From: Lama guanicoe
Lineage: Eukaryota
DNA: 20,000 nt
NCBI GenBank assembly: GCA_013239625.1
Contig: MU054166.1
Span: 196,945 to 216,944 of the forward strand
Direction: 5' to 3'
Part shown: piece by piece, positions 1 through 9,123 of the stretch
Layout of the letters: each line of letters opens with the position of its first letter
Position numbering within the stretch: the stretch's first letter is position 1
Notes under the pieces: generated by a model
The model's database searches: none
What the model was told of the DNA's origin: nothing
The model's input: only the letters and a program-made list of their open reading frames with translations
Made by a program: the position numbers and the translations under genes

Positions 1-212
1 TGGGTTTGAGTTTGTATTATTATCAGTTAAAATAAACAAATATAGTACAGGTGAAGATACATACAAAACAAGTTTACCCTAAGTCAAAAGCTTACAATGA
101 AGTCACAAAGCCAAAACAAACCAAGATAATAAAAGAAAACTTATCAAGCCACAAAAACAAAAAGAAATGTACAAAAAGAAAATTCCAAATCCACTGGAGA
201 ATGAAGTTCAAT

Positions 213-3200
213 ATGGAAATAAACACCCGTCTATCAATAATTATCACAAATGATAATGGACTTAGTTCTTCAATCAAAAGATATATATTGTCAAATGGGA
301 TAATATAACAAGACCCCGCATTATAAAGCATAGAAGACACCCACTTTAGTAAGAGGAACACACATCAATTGAAAGTCAGAAAGTGGAAAAATTTATTCCA
401 TGCAAATGCACATGACAAGAAAGCATGACTAGCAGTACTGACTTCACACAAAGAGACTTTACAAAAAAGGCCATAGAGAAAGATAAACAAGGACATGATA
501 TAATGATTAAAGGAGAAAATCAAAATGAGGGTATTATATACATTAAGATATATGCACTCAATATAGGAGCACATAAATACATAAAGCAAACACTAATAGA
601 TAAAAATAGAGAAATCCCTGGGAACACAAATAATGTAGGAGAATATAACTCCCCATTACTATCACTGGACTGGTCTTTCACACAGAAAATTAATACGGGA
701 ACAAAGATATTAAAATAAATTTTAAAATAATTGGAGATGCTTGATATTTTCAAAATAGTATTTCTCCCCATAACAGAATATACATTCATTTCCTGTGCAC
801 AAGGAACATTTTCTAAGAAAGATTATGTGCTCAGGCACTCAAGAAGCCTCAACAAATTGAAGAAGATAAAAATTATTTCAAGCATCTTTTCTGAGTATAG
901 TACCATGGAACTAGAAATCAATCACAGAAAAACAGGAAGAAAAAATGTCAGCATCCAGATTAAAAAACATGGTACTAAAACAAGGGGGTGAGTTTATGAA
1001 ATAAAAGAAGAAATTAAAAAATATCTTGAGAAATATGATGAAACACTGCACAAAGTCTTTGGAATACTGTTAAAGCAGGCTTAAAAGGGAAGTTCAGAGT
1101 GACAAAGCTCTCCTCAAAGTAGAACAACAATTTCAAATATATAATCTAACATTCTCTGTAAACTAATCAAGAAAAGAAGAGCAAACAAAACCAAAAGTCA
1201 ACAGAAAGAGGGAAAAAATAAAGATCAAGGAAGAAATAATTGAAATAGATTTTAAAAAATAGAAAGAAATCAATCAATGCTTTTTTGAAATAGTAAATAA
1301 AAATTGACAAATCTCTGGACAGGATCACTAACAAGAAAAGAGAGAGAACACAAATAATATTAGAAGTGAAAATGCAGAAACTACAAAGAGAACAACAAAT
1401 TTACAATATATCATAAGGGAATACCATGAGCAACTGTATGAAAACAAACTGGATAACGAGGAAGAAATGGAGAAGTTTTTGGAAACATTCAGCCCACCAA
1501 TATTGCATCAAGGAGAAGTTAGCCATTTGAACATGCAGATCACCAGAAATCGAACAGACTAATCAATAAAATAAAAAATCTCTGCAAAAAAAATTGAAAC
1601 CCAAATACTTTCACTAGGGAAATTGACCAAACGTACTATGAAAAATCCATACCAGTCCTCCTCAAAATCTTCCAAAAGATTGATATGGAGAGAGTACTCC
1701 CAAACTTACATCATAAGGCCAACGTCAACCTGATACCATAACCTGACAAAGACACTACCCCAAAAAGAAAACTATAGCCCAATATCATTGATAAATAGAA
1801 GTAAAAGTCCTTGAGAAATTATTAACAAACAGAATCCAAAAGCATGTAAAAAAAAGATCATGAACCATGGACAAGTTAAGTTCATCCCAGGAACACAAGG
1901 ATTGTTGAACGTATGCAAATCAATCAATCAATTGTGATATACCATATCAACAAAAGAGAAGACAAAAACGATATGATCATATCAGTAGTTGGAGAAAAAC
2001 CATTTGATAAAATTTAACACCTATTTGCAATAAAAGTTCTTATCACAGTGGGCATAGAGGGACCACATCTCAACATAATGAAAGCAGTTAATGACAAACA
2101 TATAGCCAGCATAATACTCAGTGGTGAAAAACTAGAACCCTTCCCACTAAGACCTGAGAGAAGACATGGATGCCCATTATCACAAATTAAATCACATATA
2201 GTCTTGGAATTCCTAGCTACAACGATCAGGCAAGAAAAAGAAATAAAATTATTCAGACTGGAAAAGAAGAGGTAAAATTGTCACAATATGCAGACATGAC
2301 ACTATATATAGAAAACTGTAAAAGCTTCACAAAAAATACTTAGGCTAAAAAGGGAACTGGGCAAGTTAGCCAGAGTAATGTACAAAAAACAATTACATTT
2401 CTTTACACAAACATTGAATCAACAGGAAAATAAAGTACAGATACAATCACTTTTATAACTGCACCCAAAATTTTAAATGCTTAAGAATAACTCTGACCAA
2501 GGAGGTGAATGACTTATACATGGAGAACAAGTAAATATTGATTGAGGAAATCAAGAAAGATTTGAAGAATTGAAAAGATACCCAATGGTCTTGTAATGGA
2601 ATTAATAATACTGTTAAAATTGCCATACTACCCAAGGCAATTCACAGACTTAATCTGAGTTCCTATCAAATTATTCAAAATATTTTTAGGACTGAATAAA
2701 ATGATCATAAGGTTTATATAGATACAACAAAGATCCAAAATTTCCAAAACAATATTGAAGACAAAGAAAGAGGCTAGAAGAATAAACTGCCTGGTGTCCA
2801 TACACTATTGCAGAGCTACAATAATCAAAATGTCATGATATTGGTACAGAAACAGGCATATGGACCAATGGAACCGAATAAAAAGCCTTGGAATAAATCT
2901 ACAGGCCTATGTTCGATTAATATTTTACAGAGTAGCCAAGAATATGACAGAGAAAAGACCATCTCTTCACCAACTGGTGTTGGGAAAACTGGATAGCAGC
3001 ATCAGGGCAATGGAGTTAGAACACTCCTTCACTCCATACACAAGAATAAACTCAAAGTGACTTGAAGACTTAAATGTAAGGCAATACACAGTAAATCTAG
3101 AAGAAAACATACGCAAAGCACTCTGAGATAAATCGCAGCAATAATCTCCTAAAACAGCATACCCAGGTAATGGATGTAAGAGCAAAATTAATAAATAGGA

Positions 3201-4046
3201 CCTAATTAAACTTATAAGCTTTTGCACAGCAGAGGGAACCATAAACAAAGCAAAATGACAACCAACAGGATTTAAGAAAATATTTAGAATTGATGAAACT
3301 GACAAAGGCTAAATTTCCATATATAAAGACTTCATACAACCTAATAATAATACTTAAAAAAAACAAGAAACCCAATCTGAAAATGGGCAGAAGCCCTAAA
3401 CAAGCAATTCTCCATTAGAGACATACAAATGTCACACAGATATATGGAAAAATAATTGCTCACTATCATTATCAGAGAATGGCAATTCAAAACCATAATG
3501 AAATGTCACCTCTGAATAGTCACAATGGCCATCATTCAAAAGTCTACAGGCAATAAATGCTGGGGAAGCTGTGGAGAAATGGAATCCTCCTACACTGTTG
3601 TCAGGAATGTAGTTTGGTGCAGTCATTGTGGGAAACAGGATGGCGATTCCTCAAAAGAATAAAAATAGTCTTAACATATGATCCAGCAAACCCACTTCTG
3701 GGTATATATCAAAGAGAAACCACAACACTGTAAAATGATTATGAATCAATAAGAAATGTAAAAAAAAAAAGAGAAACCAAATTCAAAATGTCACCTGCAC
3801 CCAAATGTTCTTAGCAGTGCTATATACAAAAGCCATGACATGGAAGCACCATAATTGTTCACCATCAGATAACAGAATACAGATTTTATGCCATATTTAA
3901 ACAATGGAATAATATTCTGCCATAAAAAATGATAAAACAAAGACATTTGCAGCAAAATGGGTGTCCCCATATTGTGTCATTCTAATTGAAGTAAGCCAGA
4001 AAGAAAAAGAAAAATAATATATGACATGATATATGTAGAACCTTAA
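213..4046 (+). pseudogene. L1 ORF2 (endonuclease/reverse transcriptase) remnant of copy A, with many stops and frameshifts
   Basis: ORF-track fragments 51-308, 425-718, 731-991, 2048-2275 and 2860-3060 are in-order pieces of ORF2p. The RT catalytic motif reads TAT GCA GAC ATG (YADM, one Asp codon lost) at 2287-2298. The end is placed at TAA 4044-4046 by analogy with ...TGTGGAATCTAA in copy E. Confidence 0.93.
3723..3767 (+). mobile_element. Extremely 5'-truncated L1 3'-end insertion (~45 bp including poly-A) nested in copy A
   Basis: Flanked by a perfect 12-bp direct repeat AAAGAGAAACCA (3711-3722 and 3768-3779) and ends in an A run. The body matches the 3' terminus of copy D without gaps (26/36 by my hand count). 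Confidence 0.88.
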
Positions 4047-4351
4047 AAAAAAGTTTTAGATGAGAACACTATGATTTCATCTACAAAACTGAAACAAACT
4101 TGCAGATCTAATTAATAATCTTTTGGTTACCGCTGAAAGGGGCTAGGAGAGGATATATTTGGGAGATGTAGATTTATATATGTTATCTACTATATATAAA
4201 AATAGATTTTTCTAAATTGTCTTTTGTATGACACAGGGCAGTATGTTAAATATTGTGAATTAACTTTAATAGGCACACAAATATATGCATGATGTGGGAC
4301 ACTGCACTATACACCACAAATTAACACATTGTAAATGGCAGTACTTCAATG

Positions 4352-4420
4352 ATAAATAAATGAATAAATAAGTAAATAAGTAGGTAAATACATAAATAAA
4401 TGAATAAATAATATTTAATA
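4352..4420 (+). repeat. Degenerate (TAAA)n microsatellite derived from the poly-A tail of L1-A
   Basis: ATAAATAAATGAATAAATAAGTAAATAAGTAGGTAAATACATAAATAAATGAATAAATA directly follows the L1 3' terminus. Confidence 0.9.
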
Positions 4421-4423
4421 ATT

Positions 4424-5294
4424 AAAGAAATACAAAAATTCACATTACTTTAATTTACACATCAAGAATCTAGGAGAAAACAGAAAGAAGAAGAAAATTG
4501 AGCGAATGAGAATAAGGGAAATAACAAGAGAAACAATTGAAAATATGAAAAGAAAAATCTAAGTCTGACTGTGTTTCTCATAAAGTGGACAAATATTTAG
4601 GATGGCTAAGAAAATAAAGACTCATATAAAATAAGAAATAAAACAGAAGATATTACCACTGGTGTTGTAGAGATGCATAGCATCATAAGAAATTACCACT
4701 AGCCAACAATTTGAATGACCTTGAACAAAAGACAAATTCCCAGAAACATATGTCTTCCAATACTGATTCAAGAAGAAATTAGAAAGTTAAATAGGGCAAA
4801 AGTGTGTATGAGTAAATCAGTAATCCAAACTTCCCAAACCAGAAAATATTTACAAGATGACATTACTGGTGAATTCTGTAATATATTTGAAGAAAATTTC
4901 TCACCAATACTTGCCCAAACCATCCAAGAATTAGAACGGGGTGTAAGTATCCAAACAAGTTTTACGATGCCAGCTTAATTTGCATAACAATGCTAGAAAG
5001 GACATTATATGCAAAATATAGAATATTATCCCTGGTGTACATATCTGCCAAATTCTCAACAAAACACTAGCAAAATGAATTCAAAAACACATTTAACGTA
5101 TCATACACATACATGAGTAAAGGGATTTATCCCTGGGTTTAAGGATACTTCAAAATATTCAAATCAATAAAGGTGGCATGCCACACAAATAGAATGAGAA
5201 ATAAAACACACATAATCATATCAATAGGTGCAGAAATAGCATTGTATATAATGCAACATCGTTTTAAGATACTCCCAAAAAATTAAATTAACCC
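4424..5294 (+). mobile_element. Older, more diverged L1 ORF2 fragment (copy B), the probable host of copy A and of the solo LTR
   Basis: Homologous to copy A ~1120-2040. Examples are LPILIQEEIRKLNR...DDITGEFCNIFEE in ORF 4715-4978 and ATCATATCAATAGGTGCAGAAATAGCATTG (IISIDAEKAF-like) at ~5215. Confidence 0.9.
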
Positions 5295-5723
5295 TGTCAG
5301 AGGCACGATAACATATACACACAAACACTGTGTGGAGAGAAGTGAAGCAGTTCTCTGTTTATTGATTCTTAGAAAAAGGTTATATTTAGGACATGCAAAA
5401 TGCCTCACATATCATTTAAGTTATAACAATGTTAATAATCTTAAGCTGTTTATGCCCCCATTCTCCCACAGTAAGCACAGGATGATAAATGATCAAGGAT
5501 TGTTTTAAAGTTCATCACAGAACTTCATTAAGTAGGCCAGCTGTGCCTGTCCTAGGTTGTCCTCCTCTCAGGATCTTACCCAACATATGCTCTTCAGCCA
5601 TCCATACTGGATACATTGAGTAGGGCATTTCTTATCCAGCCTGGATATGTGACATTCCTCACAGATTGTTTATCAGTTCAGCCCATGGGCTTATTCTCTA
5701 GAGCCTTCAGATAGGGGTCTACA
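5295..5723 (-). mobile_element. Solo endogenous-retrovirus LTR, 429 bp
   Basis: Non-L1 sequence with TGT...ACA termini and a perfect 5-bp TSD AACCC (5290-5294 and 5724-5728). On the minus strand it has a TATA-like TAAATATAA (5380-5388), AATAAA (5358-5363) and a GT-rich U5-like stretch before the terminal CA. Confidence 0.85.
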
Positions 5724-5728
5724 AACCC

Positions 5729-5788
5729 AACATCCCTTGACAGAAAACTGGATGAAGAAAATTTGATGTTTATATGCAAAAGAATCAA
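5729..5788 (+). mobile_element. Short plus-strand L1 ORF2 piece, probably a continuation of copy B after an internal deletion
   Basis: GAAAATTTGATGTTTATATGCAAAAGAATCAA resembles the ORF2 'WENW..CKRMK' segment (copy A ~2955-3010; copy E ~17830-17865). Confidence 0.6.
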
Positions 5789-6257
5789 TACTTTGCATAC
5801 CTATCAACAGTGTCCACAGTGTTCCATTCTCTCCACAATCTCACCAAAATCTTTTTCTTTTCCTTCTGATGAGAGCCTTCTGAAAAGTGTGAGGTCTTGT
5901 CTCATTTTTGGTTTATGACTTTCCTAATAATTTGTAACTCTGAAAACATTTTCATGAGTCATATAGCCAACTGTATGTTTCTACAGAAAATTGATTCATC
6001 TCAATCTATTCAGTTCCTAAGGACTTTTTTTTAAATTGGATTGTTTGGTCTTTTTTGTTCTTGGGGTGTATGAGTTTGCCCTATATTTTGGATATTAACA
6101 CTTGATAGGAAAATATCACTTGCAAATATATTCTCCCATTTTGTTGGTAGAGTTTTCATTTTATTGATCATTTCTTCTGCAGTGTAAATCTCGTTAGACT
6201 GATACAATCATCGTTTGTTAATTTTGCTTCACCTTCCCTTGCCAAAGGAGACATATG
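5789..6257 (-). mobile_element. Minus-strand L1 ORF2 C-terminal fragment without 3' UTR or poly-A
   Basis: The reverse complement is homologous to copy A ~3145-3615. It parallels copy C at 6420-6870 and copy D at 9500-9960 (e.g. GTGTGAGGT, TTGCAAATATATTCTCCCATT). Confidence 0.88.
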
Positions 6258-6299
6258 AAGAATCAAATTAAGTTAATTGTACTTCTTTTGTTTTACCCT

Positions 6300-8790
6300 A
6301 GGATTCATTGTTTTCAGGTTTTATGTTTTATATGCCCAGGGGTTGGTTTGCTGGGTCATATGATAGGTCTATTTTTATTATTAAAAGGAAATCCCATACT
6401 GTTTCCAAAGTGGTTTCATCAATTTTCATTCACACCAGCAGCGTTGGAGTGTCCCTTTTTCTTCTACAACCTCCACAGTCTTCATTATTTGTAGACATTT
6501 TGATGACAACCCTTCTCACTAGTGTGAGGTAAAACATCATTTTATTTTTTTCTCGCATTTGTACAATGATTAGCAATGTGAGCATGTTTCTATGTTCCTG
6601 ATTGTCATCTGTGTGTCTTTTTTAGAGAATTGTCTTCTGCTCATTTCCTGGCTGAGTTGTTTGTAGATTTTTGAAATGGAGTTGTATGAACGATGTGTGT
6701 ATTTTACAAATTAGCCCCTTGTTGATTGCATTGTTTCCTAAAGTTTTCTCCCATTTGGAAGCTCATCTATTGATTCTGTTTATTTTGCTCTTTAGAAGTC
6801 TTAAGTTTAATTAGGAACTATTTGATTATTTTGCTTTTATTGTTTTCAGCTTGGAAGAGTGGCATAGGAAACTTTTACAACAATTTATCTTTTTTTTTTT
6901 GCCTATGTTAGTTTCCAGGAGTTTTATTGTGTCATTTATTAGTTTCAGATATTTAAAACATTTTGAGTTTATTTTTGTACAGTGTGAAGGAGTGTTCTAA
7001 TTTCATTGATTTACATGTAGATGTCTAGTTTTCTCAACATCACTTGCTGAAGACTGTCTTTTAGTCATTGTGTATTTTTGTTTCCTTTGTCATAGTTTAG
7101 TTGACCATAGGTGTGATGTTTTATTTCTGCCTCTGTGTTCTGTTCCAGTGATATAGATGTCTGTTTGTTTTCCAGTATTGTGCTGTTTTGATTACTGTAT
7201 TTTTATAATGTAGTCTGAGATCTGGGTGGGATATAGGTTATGCCTCCAACTTTTTCTTTTCCCTGATTGTTTATTTTGCAGTTCTGGTTCTTTTGCAGTT
7301 CCAGACAAATCTTAGGACTGTTTTTATTTCTGTGGAAAATATCATGTAGTTTGATCTGTATCACTTTATATCTGTAGACATTTTTTGTAGTATGTATATT
7401 TTAACAATATTACTTCCTCTAAGCTAAGACATTGAGATTTCTTTCCATTTCTTTGCATCATCTTCAAATTTATTTATCAGGTCCTTTTGATTTTATTATC
7501 TTGGTTTTTTCATAGGTTTTTAATTTTTTGATCTCATTTCATATTGATATTTTAGAATTATGAAATATTTCATTGTTAGTGTAAAGAAATGTGACAGTTT
7601 TTGTATATTAATCATGAATCATGCAACTTTGTTAAATGTCTTTATTAGATTTATTTGTTTGGGTGTGGAGAATCTTTTGGGTACTCTGTATAGATTATTA
7701 TGTCATCTAAAATAATAACAGTTTTACTTCATTCATTCCAACTTGAATAAATTTTTTTCTATTCTGATTGCGTTTGCTAGGACTTCCCATACTGTGTTTA
7801 ATAGAAATGGTGAGAGTGGACATCTTTTTCGTATTCCTTAATTTGGCTTTCAGTTTTTCACTTAATTATGTTGTGTTGTGTAATAAATGACTTTAGTTAT
7901 TTTGAGATATATTTCCTGAATCCTATTTTGGTAAGAGGTTTCTGTCGTTGTTGCTGTTGTTGTTGTTGTTGCTGCTGTTGTTGCTGTTCTAATAAATAAA
8001 TGCTGAATTTTGTGAAATGCTTTTGATGGATTTATTGGGATAACCACATCATTTTCTCTTTTACTTTTGTTAATGCGGTGTCTCAAACTGGTTGATTTGT
8101 TTATGTTGAACTTCTCTTGTGACACTGCAGTGAATCCATGTTGATCATGGTGTATGATTCATTTTTGGTATAGCTGGATTTAGTTTGCTAATAATATTCA
8201 GTAGAATATTTGCATTAAAATCAATCAAATAAGTTGGCTTGAAGTTGTCTTTGCCCGTACTTTGTTTGTTGGCTTTGCTATCAGGGTGATGAAGTCTTCA
8301 TAGAATTAATTTGTGAGTTTCCCACTTCTTCAATATTTTTGAATTGTTTGAAGAGTATAAGTCCTGCTTTGTATTTTTGTACATTTCTCCACGGGAGCTG
8401 TTTAAATCTGCACTAATATTTACCGATTTTTTTAAAGTCAGATTCTATCTTTCTTCTAGTAATCAGTTTGTTCAAATTATTTGTTTCTCCTTATCTCAGT
8501 CTCTTTCTGGACATTTGTCTATTTTTTCTAATTTGTCCAGTTTATTGGCATATAAGTGTTGACAAAATGAACAATTTTTGTATATGTGACTTAACAATTG
8601 TTATTTCTCTTCTTTTATTTCTGACTTTATTTCTTTTGAACATCTCTCTTTTCTTCATGAGACACCTGGCTAGAGGTTTTCTTATTTTGCTTAACTTAAA
8701 AAGAAAACATAAAACAAAATCATTGGTTTTACTACACTTGTGCATAGTATTTCTTTTCCTCTATAATTTATATTTGCACCTGTAATATTT
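6300..8790 (-). mobile_element. LINE-1 copy C: old ORF2 fragment truncated at both ends (boundaries approximate)
   Basis: Continuous antisense ORF2 homology. ORF 7862-8125 gives HRINKSKRENDVVIPINPSKAFHKIQHLFI (cf. [30 protein letters not shown] in copy D) and ORF 8542-8745 gives KLSKIRKPLARCLMKKRE. Confidence 0.92.
7943..7988. repeat. Imperfect (GTT/GCT)n trinucleotide microsatellite inside L1-C
   Basis: TGTCGTTGTTGCTGTTGTTGTTGTTGTTGCTGCTGTTGTTGCTGTT, seen directly. Confidence 0.93.
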
Positions 8791-9123
8791 AGGAGTGTGT
8801 TTTTTTCCTTTTTTATCCTTTTTTTTATTGGTTTAGAGTCATTTGACTAAGTTGTCTCCAATTGCAGCGTAGAGCACAATTTTTCAGTTACAATGAACAT
8901 ATATACATTTGTTGTCCCATTTTTTTTCTGTGAGCTGTCGTAAGATCTTTTATATATTTCCCTGTCCTATAAAGTACAATCCTGTTTATCTATTCTACAA
9001 TTTTGACCTCCAAGTCTGTCTCTCCCTGCCCTCCGCCCCCTTGGTAACCAAAACATTGTTTTCTATATCTGCGAGTCTATTTCTGTTTTGAATTTGGGCT
9101 TTTATGTTTTGTTTTGTTTTGTT

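Larger units (their letters stand above)
1..4423 (+). mobile_element. LINE-1 copy A: inter-ORF spacer, ORF2 remnant, 3' UTR and tail; the 5' part lies outside the window
   Basis: Colinear ORF2 remnants from the endonuclease N-terminus (MEINTRLSIIITNDNGLSSSIKR, ATG at 213) through RT-region peptides (GIEGPHLNIMKAVNDKHIASIILSGEKLEPFPLRPERRHGCPLS; MDQWNRIKS) to the C-terminal KCW..CGE motif (~3555). These are followed by a 3' UTR ending ...CACATTGTAAATGGCAGTACTTCAAT and an A-rich tail. Confidence 0.97.

Noticed and set aside
4352..4420. Regularly spaced repeats suggesting a CRISPR-like or regulatory array
   Set aside because: Simple TAAA slippage of an L1 poly-A tail with no unique spacers.
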